A DNA stretch of 64,000 nt from the NCBI GenBank assembly GCA_000165425.1, contig CT868035.1:124001-188000 (forward strand). Reading direction: 5' to 3'. The notes under the pieces were generated by a model, which was given only the letters and a program-made list of their open reading frames with translations, had not been told where the DNA came from and did no database searches. Of the stretch, positions 51,805 to 64,000 are shown in pieces. The stretch's first letter is position 1. Every line of letters begins with the position of its first letter. Origin of the DNA: Paramecium tetraurelia. Its lineage: Eukaryota. The position numbers and the translations under genes were made by a program.

Positions 51805-53007
51805 TCATGAGCTTTTTGCTTTTTTACTGGTCTTGTGATCACCTGCATGATGTTTGTTACTATGATGTTGGTGTTGTTTGTCCTTTTTTTTCTCCTGCTC
51901 CTACTCACTGACATATTGAGCAACTAAGCTATTGACTATGGAAATCATAAAGAATCCTATCATAAGAATAATGAAGTAATCCCACAATTGAGCCAACAAG
52001 GGTTTGGTGCCTTCTTTGAAAAGAGAAGGATCTCTCAGTTGTTTTCTTTGCTTATCAAGTAACTCACTCAAAAATTCATAGATGAAGGGAACGTATTTTT
52101 GGATCAAGCTGAGTAAGGCCTTGACTGGTTCTTATGAGAACACAAACACAGTCATGGGTAACTAGGAAAGCATGGCAAATCATACATACCTGAATGTGCA
52201 TTTTGATGAATGCCTTTACCCAAAACAGTGGCTCCAAAGAAGGTCCAGAAGGAAATCAAGAAGTGACCACAAGTAATGCCTGCTAAATCGAATAAGGGGT
52301 TTGGAATGGATGCACACAACATAACAGTGAGGAATGCATTTTTCTATAATTTATTGTAAATAAGCAATTTCATTCTATGCATAAAAGTATCTAAAATAGA
52401 GATAGAGACTTACTTTCATCCTTCTTTTCCAAGACTTCCTCCAACTCCTCCAATTTCTTATTGGCCAATGCAGCAGCTCTGGCAACGAAATAGGGTGGCA
52501 ACTCTCCTATTGCTGTACCGATGCCAAAGAGAACTGTCTCAAAATAGACCTACTTCACAATATCGAACATAGCAATTCCAGTTGCCTCCTTTGGACATTC
52601 CACATATTACGTGGCATACTTTGATGGCACGAATAAAGGGAGTGCATTGCATTCGTAAGCTTGAATTGTGGTCTTAGCAATGTGAGGACCCAAATACAAC
52701 ACGAATGTGTGCAAACCTGTTCCCAAACCAACAGATGACATAATTCCCAATACAAGCCAATACAACATAAAATAAGCAATCTCATCACCCTGTCTCACCA
52801 ACTAAACAACATTCATAATTGGATTAATACCTCAGAGTGTTCGCCTTCCACAAATCTGGGTGCAATCACAATCAGAGCCAAGAATCCAATGATGTGCCAA
52901 AATTTACTTAAATATTTAACCGCATCCTTTGCATAATTAAACAGGACTATGGAAAACAAATACAAAGTCTTGATTGGATTCGAAAACAGTGTTGGTGCCT
53001 CAACCAT
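51805..53007 (-). CDS. VMP1: Vacuole membrane protein 1 (ER scramblase, autophagy)
   Basis: [91 protein letters not shown]. Confidence 0.95.
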
Positions 53008-53062
53008 TAATTAAATTATTATTTATGTATTTATACATTGAATAATAGAATATTGATCTCAA

Positions 53063-54180
53063 TCATTACTCTTCCTCCTCTTACGCCTACAGCTTTGCCT
53101 ATTTCTCCTCTATGGCTCCCTCTATAACACTAATCACTTCGTAAATGTCGCTGCTATAAACCATCTACTTGAATTTCAAATATTCTATCATTCTATTAAC
53201 ATCATTCAATTCATCCGCATAATTAAACTGTTCAGCCAGTCTCTTATTCAAATGCTTATTCACAGCGTGTTACAGAACATTTCCAAAGGTATAGGCCTTA
53301 GTCGTTTTCATCCAAAACTAATAGGCTATGATCATGTCAGTGACTCCGAGCATGAAAGTCACAGGCTCCATGACATCCCATCCCCAGACAACATATGTTC
53401 CGTATTGAGTAAAGGCTATTTACATGAGAATGTAAAAGTAAATCTAATACAAAGTTGTCTACTCCTTCATTTCCAACTCCTTTATGATAGAATCCTTCAA
53501 ATGAGCTAAACGATTCTATTTGCACTCCAGAAATGAGATCTAATCATCTATTATCTGCTTCTGGGCCTAAGAGTAGATACCCAATTTCATGATGACCTTC
53601 TTTATTATCAACATGATCAAGTCCTTATCGTAAGTCAACTCCTTGTGTTTCTCGATCTCAGACAACAGTTTTTGGATAAAATTGCTCAATACCACCTTTG
53701 TTCTCTGTGGCACATCAATCTCTTAGAAATATTCATGCAATGCGTGTTGGGTGATTGGATAGTTGTCGATCAAGTCAATCACTGGTGGGTTGTCTACTTT
53801 ATTGAGAATTATGTAGTTTTCTGTCTAATTCAACCTTAAAACCATGTCTTCCGCCAACACCAATTGCATGGGAGTGGAGGATGCATATTCAATTTATTCA
53901 TGATTGTTGGTTTATTGATATAATCCGACACTCTTCACATCGTCGATCTATTTCTTGATGGCCTATTGGAGTTCAAGCACAGTCCCTTCAGCTTTGAAGA
54001 ATACCTTCTTGCTGTGGAAGTAGAAATACAAAACTAAAAAGGTTGCTATCAAACAATTGTACCCTCTTACTTGAGATTAAGGTTTTTGGTTTCCTCCTAT
54101 GAAAATCTCTACAACATGAGGATGTCCTAGAAATTGTACCTCTTTAATGAACAGAATCTGTAGAGACTTTTTAATAACAT
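53063..54180 (-). CDS. MCU: Mitochondrial calcium uniporter pore subunit
   Basis: Presequence-like N-terminus MLLKSLYRFCSLKR; two TM helices flanking YVVWGWDVMEPVTFM (DxxE selectivity motif); one 29-nt intron. Confidence 0.9.
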
Positions 54181-54192
54181 AATTTAATTATT

Positions 54193-55714
54193 ATGAAATC
54201 ATCTCTTGTAACGGAGAACGGACGCAGAACCAAAACCACTCCTGATCAAAGCTCTCTGATTAGTTACTCATCCCGCAAGTCTTGTCTCTCCAGCGTATGT
54301 AATTTTCACCATTAACCAGGAACGCAAAACCCAAGTCAAAGCTACATGCAAAGTATTGTGTGAGATGAGAGAGGATCAGTCAAGCAATCTAGCAGTCAAG
54401 TTTACACAACTTCAAATCGTTTTAGCCACTCAATCTATTATACAAGTAATCTCCAAATTCCGGTCCGCTAAATTGTAGACATACTTCTGGATTCTTCTAT
54501 AAGATCGCAGAATCATACACCCATCCGCATAAAATCATTCTATTGAATCGATTCCCTTGCCTCAAGTCGTTGATGATTGGTCTTACCTATAGTTTCAGCA
54601 TAAAACCAAATTAAAATAGCGTCATCACAATCAAAGCTCCTCTCCCTGGATACTGATGAAAGTCCTAAATAAAATCAAGTAAAAACAATAGAGGTCTTTC
54701 TTTCAACTCATTAACCAAAACGCCAAAATATGTCAAGGAACTCTACTACTTCGAAAATTCATCAAAAAACATCATAATCTATAAAAATGCAGCTCTCTTC
54801 TTTGCATCGTATAATTTGCATAGAATTATCAAAATTCTGATTCATTAGATTGTAGTAAGCAAGATTCCGATTCCATGTAATTATAACAACAATAACAAAA
54901 AGATAGCAATATTGAAGAGATATCAATTAAGGAATAATTGGCTATTAAATTTGCAAGTACAACAATTTTGGCATCAATGCTAAACTCAAAACACATTAAT
55001 TTAAATTTTTATTTCTTTTTAAATTTCTTAAGATGCTAATAAAACAAATCCTAATTCATTAGAGATGTAAATTTATATTAAGGGATTGAAGTAAGTCAAG
55101 TTAATTATGATCAATCATCTTTATAAGAAAACTAATAAGTTATAGCAGCTTAAAATCTGCATTCGTTCCTGTTTATCAAATTATAAAATTATTTCTAAGC
55201 AATCAAAATTTTTCATTTGAAAAATGATTATTAGATAGCTGAGACTATGAACACCATGATTATCAACAAAAATTGTGATCTATCTAATTCATTTGAAGAT
55301 CTAAACACTCAGAGAATATTAGTCACTAATCTGTAAGAGGAGGAAATTGAGCAATCGTAAGTAAAAAATAGTACAGAACAAAAGAAGATCTCTTCCTTAC
55401 AGAACATAACAGAGATTGAAGAATCTACCAAGTCTACTAAGGCAGTAAAAGTGGAGGATTAACACTTATAACTAAGTATGAATACTAAAAAGAAGAAGAC
55501 GAAAAATAATAAAATCAAGAACGCAATCAAATAGTATTGCAGTATCCAGTCATAATCGTAAAGACGACTGAGCAATGAGAGCATGGCTAAGACTGAGAGT
55601 TTTGGATTAATCCATAATTAGGAAGCGAAGAAATCAAAGAATGCTGCTACACTTTATACTGCCTATATATCAATTGTTGTGATTATAATAGTATTTATTT
55701 TGTTTTTGAAATGA
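54193..55714 (+). CDS. Hypothetical protein with C-terminal transmembrane anchor; probable internal frameshift(s)
   Basis: MKSSLVTENGRRTKTT..., 25-nt intron near 54295-54319; ends LYTAYISIVVIIIVFILFLK-TGA. A frame change is needed near 55210. Confidence 0.55.
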
Positions 55715-55741
55715 TTAATAAAATTAATTATTTTATTAAAG

Positions 55742-56540
55742 ATGTCAAGAGAATCATCGATTTCGGAAGGAGGAGGATGGGTGTAATGGTTTTGTGCAAT
55801 GGAAGATCATCAGTTTTTGTGTGAAGTGGATGATGAATTCATAAGGGACAACTTCAACTTGTACGGTTTGAAGAGCAAATTCAATTTTTATAAGTAATTT
55901 TGAAATGTTAGCCTTTTAAGTGAAGCATTGGACTTGATTTTAAGTTCTGAAACACCAGACGACGAGGATTTGGAAGACGAAAGGTTCTTGGAAGTTTATT
56001 AGGAGGCTACAGACTTATATGGTTTGATTCATGCAAGATTCATCATAACAGCCAAAGGTATATAGATATATCGATGAAGGTTTGAGTATGATGAAGGAAA
56101 AGTACTTGGGAGGTAAATTCGGAGCCTGCCCAAGGGTGTTATGTGAAAGATAGAATGTTTTGCCTGTGGGAATGAGTGAGGAATTACGTACTTCGAGAGT
56201 GAAGGTGTTCTGTCCTAGGTGTGAAGAGGTTTACATCCCAAAGAAGAAATGTCCCGATGTTGACGGTGCTTACTTTGGTTGTTCATTCCCATCTATATTT
56301 TTAATGGTAAGTGTTTCATATTGAATTTCTTAGAACTTCATTTAGGAGGTCCAAATTCCTGCAAACAATTAGACTTATGTGCCTAGAGTGTTCGGATTTA
56401 GAATTTACAAGAAAAAGGGATCTCGTTATTAGGATACTTAATAAAAGGTTGCTGAAATCACTCATTATTCTGAGGAATAATTAAAGAAGTTGAGAGGGAA
56501 GAATGATCAACAAGCAAAAGAGGATTATGTTCAAAAGTGA
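55742..56540 (+). CDS. CSNK2B: Casein kinase II regulatory (beta) subunit
   Basis: WVQWFCAMEDHQFLCEVDDEFIRDNFNLYGL...LYGLIHARFIIT...FGACPRVLC...VKVFCPRCEEVYIP...DGAYFGCSFP; three mini-introns. Confidence 0.97.
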
Positions 56541-56591
56541 ATTAGTGTTTTTGTTTTTGTTATTAAAATTTTTAAATCTTTTTTAAAATAA

Positions 56592-56927
56592 ATGCCTAAG
56601 GAAATCCAAGATGTTAAGGTGTTCCTCTCACTCATGAAAGGTAGCGAAGCATAAGGAAAAGATGCTAGCAAAGAACCAAAAAAGAGTACTCATTTCTATT
56701 TATCCATTCAGACCTCTATATCAAAGAGTCAAAGAAGATCACCAAATTCAAGTTGAGAGGCAAGAAATATCTCTTCACCTTCAAAACAGCTGATAAGAAT
56801 AAGGCCCAAAAAATTCAATAAACACTCCCATAGAGTATGATATTCATTCACATTCTTAGATGTTAATAAAATTGTTATCGGTAATGGAGGAAAGAAATAA
56901 TAAACCAAAAAGAAGTAAAAGAAATGA
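56592..56927 (+). CDS. RPL38: 60S ribosomal protein L38 (eL38)
   Basis: [14 protein letters not shown]...[32 protein letters not shown]; two mini-introns. Confidence 0.9.
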
Positions 56928-57195
56928 GCACTGATTTATTACATATACAGTACATTATTTGGAGCATATTTAATATAAAAAGTTCATTGCAATCATCGAA
57001 ATACTAGAATTTATATTTCTTTTAATTTTCGGTTTTCTGAATTGCTATTCCCAATATATATATATATTAAATACTTTCAGAATTAATTAATAAAAATATC
57101 TTCATTAATCTACATTATTTATGTGTTTAAGATGAAAAATCATTGTTAATTTAGTTTTTTACAAGACATTTTAATATTATAAATATACAAATATA

Positions 57196-58089
57196 TCATT
57201 TTGTTTGATTAAGTCTTTTCTTAATTTCATCAGTAATTTATTAGGAGGTAGCAGATTTATCCATTAGTATTTATAGTATTTCATCACTCGTACATCTAAG
57301 TTGTATATTGACACAAAGCAATTTTTCAATGATGTGTCTTACGTATTCTGGTAAAATAGTTAATTTTAATTCTTTCCAAAATTTGCTCCATTCTTCATTT
57401 TTTATTAACTTCCACCAAGCATCTTCAGTTGAAGGATTATTTGATTCAAAGGGAGGGTGTCCTGTAACCATAATAAAGTAAACAACACCTAGAGAAAACA
57501 TATCACATTTTTTTAGATCTTATGGAATATGCCAAATTTCAGGTGCTGTGTATCCTTCACTTCCTGAAATTGTTGCCTTAGGAATTGGTGTGGATCCATT
57601 AATTTTAGCAAACCCTAAGTCACATAACTTAACCTTAAAATCAAGAGAGATCAGTAAGTTATCCAACTTAATATCTCCATGAGTTATTCCTTTAGAGTGA
57701 AGAAAAGAGAGAGCTTCTGCAATTTATTAAGTGATGCCATTTGCTATAGCAAGGGGCAAAGGACCTTGGAGTAGTACCTTGTAGAGGGAGCCGAAAGGCA
57801 TTAATTCAAGAAGCATACAAGAACAATCTGAACAATAGCCAATCATTTAGATAATGTGCGGATGTTAAATGTGACGAAGGATTTGGATTTCGTTCTCTTC
57901 AAAATATCACTTGATAATTACGAATAGATTAATGGCATTTTACTCAGTTGTCTGAGCCAGACATTTTAATGCATATTGTTATTTAGTTTGTTTGTCCATA
58001 GTCAAAAATACAGTACTATCATGGCCTTTGCCTAATAATTTGGAAAAATTGATTTAGTAATTTGCCGCAAATTGCTCGGGAGTAAACAT
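57196..58089 (-). CDS. Ser/Thr protein kinase (non-RD, DLG)
   Basis: LGKGHDSTV, YALK, HPHII, HGDIKLDNLL, LCDLG, GSEGYTAPE, CDMFSLGV...GHPPF; one intron. Confidence 0.93.
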
Positions 58090-58128
58090 CAAATTATTAA
58101 TCATTTTTATTAATATAACAAATTCAAA

Positions 58129-59161
58129 TCAAAATGCTTTAGTAGCCATCATCCTTCCCAAAATGGCATTGAGATTTTCATCTAACAGTTCATCAACCTT
58201 CAACCCTAGATGTTTTTTAGGATCCCTCTTGCCTGTATTCTTTATTTTGGTTTCCTGCTCTCCCTTTTTTGATTCATCATCTAAAACTTAACTAAATTAA
58301 ATACCTATCAATTTTTGATACTCTGAAGCCAATTTTGACATCTCCTCAACGCATAACTCATTTTTATTGCTATTCTCAATTGCCGAATTGCATCTAAAAT
58401 TTATAATTATTCCAATTACTTCAATCCTTCAGCCCAACTGTTCTTATACAGATTCTGAAGCATCTTCTATTCCAAATCGTTGCATTTAAATTTAATATTG
58501 ATGGAATAATAGTATCTATTGAGTCCTCTTAACAGAGCCTCAAGTCCAGGTTTTTGAAGATGGCCAGTGTTGGATGTGGTTTGTCGTGGTTCCTATTGAG
58601 TGATCATGCTTGATTGGGGAATCAATCTAAATGCATCGATGACGACCTTGCCTCTAACTGATTGGATGGGGTCAATAACAACAGCAATGGATTTCTTATT
58701 TAATTATTCATATGATTATTGTGTATTGATGTCGACTTGCAATAATTGGATATAAATAGGTACCGCTTGATAACCAACAGCCATAAGAGGGATGGGAATG
58801 GTACCATCCTATGCAATTTTCCATTCTCCCAGTTAAATTGAGCAATTCAACCATTTTTTATTAGAAAATAGGATCCACTGATTCCACAGACACACTGCTC
58901 GCTGTCTAAGGCATTGAGAATACATCATAGACTCTGATGTGGTAGTCGTCTACTATATCACCTAGGAGTAGACCCATGACTTCAAAGGGGATGCCTGCTC
59001 TTGCATGCTAGGAGATGGTGAGGGATGGATATTACTTTGAGCATTTTGATCAAGGCTAGAGCACTGATTGTAACTTATTCGGCAGTATCTGGAATGGAGG
59101 TTTCAGGAGGTGCATTTCCATGTGCTGCTCCCAATTACTGCATCAAGTTTTGAATGTTCAT
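58129..59161 (-). CDS. RPN11: 26S proteasome JAMM deubiquitinase Rpn11/PSMD14
   Basis: [34 protein letters not shown]...VESVDP...[21 protein letters not shown]...[20 protein letters not shown]; four mini-introns. Confidence 0.97.
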
Positions 59162-59344
59162 GAGGGGAATACAAATTTAAATAAAATAAAGCAATACTGG
59201 GGTTCTGATACAAAGTATTAATAATTATGGGAATTTAAAAATTTAAATTATGAGAATTTGCAATTTGATTGGTTTTTTTTTGTTTAAATATGTTTGATAA
59301 CATTTTAAATATTTTAAATATAAAGCAAATTATAAGCGCAAAAA

Positions 59345-60087
59345 ATGGCTTAACAATAATAGGTTTAAGTTGCCGCAGAGTTCAAATTAGTCGTCGTAGG
59401 TGATGGTGCAGTTGGTAAAACAACTTTTGTCAAGAGACATTTGACTGGAGAGTTCGAAAAGAAATATCTAGGTACTTTATAATTTGAGTGTGTTTTTAGC
59501 CACATAAGGAGTCGAAGTGAGCCAAGTTATATTCTACACAACTCACGGTCCTATCAGATTAGTCATCTGGGACACAGCAGGACAAGAGAAATTAGGAGGA
59601 CTCAGAGAAGGCTATTACATCGGAGCTAATTGTGCAATCATTATGTTCGATGTCACATCCAGAATCTCCTACAAAAATGTACCCAAATGGCATAAAGATC
59701 TCACTAGAATTTGTGAAAACATCCCCATCGTCCTAGTCGGAAACAAGGTATCATATCCAAATTCATTCTCTTTTAGGTCGATTCCAAAGACAGAAAAGTC
59801 AAGGCAAGATAAATCACATTCCACAGAAAAGTCAACATTCAATACTATGACGTCTCAGCCAAATCTAACTATCAATACGAAAAGCCCTTCTTATACTTAC
59901 TAAGAAGATTGGCCAAGTATTTAACTATCTCTATTCTAGTGATACCAACTTAGCTTTAGTCTAAGCCATGGCTCTCTTGCCTCCCGAAATCCCAATTGAC
60001 CCAGAATATGCTGCCTAAATTGAGAAGGAAAGATAAAATGCTGAAAATCAACCATTACCAGACGAAGAAGACGATGAATTCAAATGA
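59345..60087 (+). CDS. RAN: Ran GTPase
   Basis: [29 protein letters not shown]...[17 protein letters not shown]...[10 protein letters not shown]...[14 protein letters not shown]; acidic tail [10 protein letters not shown]; three introns (first is 59472-59499). Confidence 0.98.
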
Positions 60088-61289
60088 TGTTTTTCAATAT
60101 TCATACAATTATAATAATTTGAAATTTGCCTCCTCCATTTTAATAAAGTGAAGCTTCAATTTTAAAGAGTTAAGATGTTGAAGCTAACTAAATTTCAAGC
60201 CTGAATAAATTTTATATCACTTGAAAATTTAAATATATAAATGAGTATTTAATATTACTACTAAAATTTCTAAAATACATATTATATTGAATAACACCTA
60301 AAAATCCATTTGTTGATTAACTATAATTGTTATAAATCACTTTATCAAACATAATTAATAAGATCGTCTAGTGAAAAATAATTCTATTGAGAATGGAAGC
60401 TAGCATAATTATAATGATGTAAAGTAATGAGATTAAATATCTATGTTAATAATTCCTTATTTTAGTAAAGATTATGATTATTATAAACAGATTTTTTTAC
60501 ATAAAATAATGATTTTTAGATGAATATTTGAAAGTAAAATTTTGATTGTTTCTTCATAACAAATAAATGTATCATTACTCTCAAAATCAAAAAATAATTC
60601 CTTTAATGATTATTTTAAAACCTTTGAAAAGTTATGATAATTTCCAATTTAATAATTAGAAAAAACAAATTTGTATAATTACTATTCGAAATTAGATTGT
60701 TTATGAATACATATTAAATGTGATGGTTGATAAATTAAAAATAAAATTGACTTTTTAAGGGTAAATTGCAAATTAGAAGAGTACTATCAAAAGTGGTGAT
60801 CCTGAAAGAGCATTAAAAAATGGAATCAAGGTAGGATAACATACAAATAATATCTTGATAATTTAGATTTAAACAAAAGGATGTAATTCTTTAAGATATT
60901 TAGCATCAATACTAAGGAATAAAACAATTGCTGTTTATTCTTCAAGAAGTATATTAATGCTTTTTATATTAAGAAATAATCTTATATAATGAGTAAGTAA
61001 TGAACCGCTGTAATTATTTAAGTATACTTTTTACCTTCTAAAAATCAACATTTATAATTCATATTGATTTTTTTTTCATTCATAGTATTAGTATTATTTG
61101 TAAGTACTTTTTGTTTTCAGTTTAAAAAATATGTTTAATATTATGTGTTTAACGAGTGATCAATTATCTAAAAAGATCAGGGATATATACAGATACAAGA
61201 TTTAACTTAATTAAAAAAATCTTTAAAAATATCTAACCAAATAAAGAAATACTATATTCTTTCAAGTTGATCAATATATAATATAATTA

Positions 61290-61728
61290 ATGTAAGATTT
61301 AAAACACAGTGAAGGAGATGAAATAGTTTTTCACATTACCAAAAATGCCCAGCAATATGAACCCAACATTACTTTAGCCACCTCGCCTAATGACAAACCT
61401 GTTTAGAATCCAATAACATTTGAAGATATCAAACTAGTATCTTCATTATAGGCATCAGCTGATGGCCATTACTAGTCTGTAAGAATGATTTGCTCAGGAT
61501 GTAAGAGAAAAGTAAGTTTTAAAGATAATATTTAAGGTTAATTCAGTCATAAAAAGGCGAGCTGGATTATAAACATTTATTGCTGGAGTACTTTTAATCT
61601 TTTGTTCTTTTGGATTTATATGTGTTACTTGTATTCCATGTATGGTAGATGATTGTAAGGATGTTTAACATTCCTGCCCAAATTGTAAATAAATTTTGGG
61701 GAAGGCCCAATTTAACATACTAGATTGA
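61290..61728 (+). CDS. LITAF/CDIP1-like zinc-ribbon membrane protein
   Basis: MICSGCKRK[25-nt intron]VNSVIKRRAG, a hydrophobic Cys-rich stretch, then CIPCMVDDCKDVQHSCPNCKQILG. Confidence 0.88.
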
Positions 61729-62237
61729 CAAAATGATTATTATCATCTTCTTTGGTTTTAATTTCTATGCATATTATATTTCATAAACGTTTTCGAGTTC
61801 AAATCTCACATTCCAAGATAGCTAAATAAGGTATTAAATCCAAGGCTATTGCATTATAATCCAACCTACCATGTTGGTTCAATTGCTAGGTATTGATTTA
61901 GATCAATTTTAAGTTTAGAAAAGAACATACTTGTGTTATAACTTCAATTATAATGTTATTTTTAAAATTATACCAAAACTTCAGAGAAAATCTTAATACT
62001 CTCATTAAAGACACCGAATATACATCTAGAGTCATATATTCACATATTGATTAAGGTTGAAGAGGAAATTCAATATTAAAATAAAAAACATGAATTGCTC
62101 GTAATATATACGAATCGGTTTAAACAGTAAATTTTAGAAATAATATAAATTTACATGAATTATAAAATGCTTTATGCTTGATATAGAGATATGCAATTTA
62201 AAATACAGATATAAAATGCTTTGATTTGGATACATAT

Positions 62238-63710
62238 TCATTCAGTTCTAAAAAACTCCGTGATTAATTTTTGGGATTGGTCGAAAATCTCTTTATTTGG
62301 ATGATACTGCAAATCTTCGATAGCCTGAATGAGCTAATTTTACTATAGAATTGCTAGAATAGGATTTGGAACATTCTATTGGGATTACAACGACAAACCA
62401 TAATTCATGAGCGAGGTTATACATTCCAATCCTTATAAGACGATGTAAGGTTCAGCTGATTCGACAGTAGATTTTAAGTGTATAGCAAGACCCAGATTGA
62501 TGAGAACTGTGAAATCCAATTGGTTTCCATACTTTAGAATGTGTTGGATCGATCGTATCACAAGGGATTGATTTATAGGTTTGTCAGTGGTGAGGATATT
62601 TATTAGTTTTTTGATTAACTCCTATTGTGAGAATATCTATTAAATGACATTGTGTCCTTATTTACATAGGTTTTGTAAAATGTACAAGACTGCTGTTCTG
62701 ATCTTTTAGTATTTGTAATTGATTAGTTTGTTAATTATTTCCAAGATAGAAAATTGCTGGAAGATTGAATACAATTACTGAAAATCAGATAAGTATTTCA
62801 TTTGGAGTAGGGCAGAATAGAAGGATTCAAAGTCATTCTCGTTGGTAAGATATTCGTTCAAATAATTAAAGAGTAATTGAAATATTTCAAAATAATTAAC
62901 ATCTCTGTCATACTAATCACACTATTTGTTGATGATAAATAAGGTTTAGAGTATTTCTTAGCTTTTATTAATCTTCAAATGCTTCAAAATTACTATTAAT
63001 TAAGGTTTAAACTATTCAGGAATGTTTCTACACAGTGTTTAAATAAGATAACTAACATTATACAGCAAAGTGTCCTTCATCAATTAACACAGGATCTCAA
63101 CTGTGTTTTTGCTAAGTAAATAATGTTGGATTTGTGCTAATTTGCTTGAGACATTGCCCAAATACCCCAGTATCAAATTAGCCAAATCATCTATTTGTTT
63201 ATTTTCTATGAGCAACTCCAGGGATCTCTCTATTGACCACTGAATGTCTTCAAAAGGCAATTAAAAATATTCCTCATCTTAAGTCAATTACAGATAAATT
63301 GTGAATGTGTCAATGTAGTAGGATTCATCATTCAATAAATCCTTGAATTATAGGAAATTCCTTTATGTTAAATACAAACTATGTATGCGATTCCTGTCAT
63401 CTATGATATTGGCAATCAGATGCAGTTTTTATGAAATCTCATTCATCTCCTTCTTTGCGTAAACTATCTTAAATTCATTGAATAAGTTGTTAATCGAAAG
63501 ATTCATTTAAGAACCCTGCAATCTCTATTTTGGTATAAACCACATCCTCTTCTTCTCCAATTACTCCTCGATTCGCTCTTTCCTAATTTACAACCGAAAC
63601 TGCTCTCTCATCTCGTAAATACTCTTTGGCTGAATTTGCTTCTAGTTTTTTAATGTCTAAGGCTGATACTGTAATTCATTATCCGATTCAACAAGTTTTA
63701 TTTCATCCAT
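62238..63710 (-). CDS. Divergent importin-alpha-like protein (IBB + ARM repeats)
   Basis: IBB-like MREQFRLQIRKERIEEQLEKKR; ARM-like LILGYLGNV and YLIQTLCRN; C-terminal LQYHPNKEIFDQSQKLITEFF. Confidence 0.7.
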
Positions 63711-64000
63711 TATTTATAATAATAATAAAAACTATTGAATTAAACTTCAGTTCTCAACTATTTACTCTACCCAATTGGATTGGACCTCTATAATTCATTT
63801 CAGCACCAATTTACTGTATAGTTTTTAAGCTTTGAAGAACCTATGAAATTTCATTAGCATTTACATTGTATTTTTATATTCATATTTAACTTATGAAATG
63901 GATTACTATTATTTCGTATTGAATTGGATATAGAACTATATATGTCTCCCTCTGAGCTTCCTTGATTAACTTAAAATACACGATATCCATCAATTATTAT

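Noticed and set aside
59517..59903. Ran ORF with an unusual C-terminus
   Set aside because: Artefact of reading through a 29-nt intron; the spliced product is a normal Ran.
12356..61728. Endosome/autophagy cluster (CLEC16A, FYVE, VTA1, VMP1, LITAF)
   Set aside because: Scattered over 50 kb among unrelated housekeeping genes; compatible with chance.
59345..63710. Ran plus importin alpha as a nuclear-transport gene cluster
   Set aside because: Separated by an unrelated gene and on opposite strands; proximity alone is not evidence without synteny data.
1..64000. Supplied ORF track taken at face value
   Set aside because: It treats TAA/TAG as stops and ignores introns. Most entries are fragments of code-6 genes or antisense shadows.
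1..64000. CRISPR array, rRNA, tRNA, snoRNA, telomeric repeats
   Set aside because: No regularly spaced repeats, cloverleaf, convincing C/D box pair or C4A2/C3A3 tracts seen by eye. A covariance-model scan would be needed to exclude small RNAs.

Overview
AT-rich, very gene-dense eukaryotic DNA from a ciliate macronuclear chromosome, almost certainly Paramecium. TAA/TAG read as Gln, TGA is the only stop (genetic code 6), and introns are tiny 22-31 nt GT..AG. The supplied standard-code ORF track is therefore mostly fragments or antisense shadows, so I re-read the genes by eye in code 6. About 35 protein-coding genes are supportable. Recognisable ones: a giant Sfi1-like centrin-binding repeat protein (PtCenBP-like), CLEC16A/FPL, VTA1, CFAP44, CEP19, a TTL-family ligase, dynein light intermediate chain, SNF5-like, CFAP119/C1a-32, acyl-CoA oxidase (PTS1 -ARL), a PTB-like RRM protein, VMP1, MCU, CK2 beta, RPL38, a Ser/Thr kinase, RPN11, RAN, a LITAF-domain protein and a divergent importin alpha. 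The first ~19.7 kb is looser and partly degenerate (U-box and macrodomain fragments, long gaps); 20-60 kb is extremely compact. Best leads: a 59-aa microprotein ending in a TTDN1/SICKLE-like motif, two arrays of divergent ubiquitin-like domains, head-to-head genes with only 10-30 nt between ATGs, a possibly split macrodomain, a 343-bp homogenised tract in the centrin-binding repeats, and recurrent single-base insertions (assembly error or early pseudogenisation). I saw no rRNA, tRNA, CRISPR array, transposon or telomeric repeat. All homology calls come from motif recognition by eye, not database searches, and exon boundaries were not checked exhaustively.
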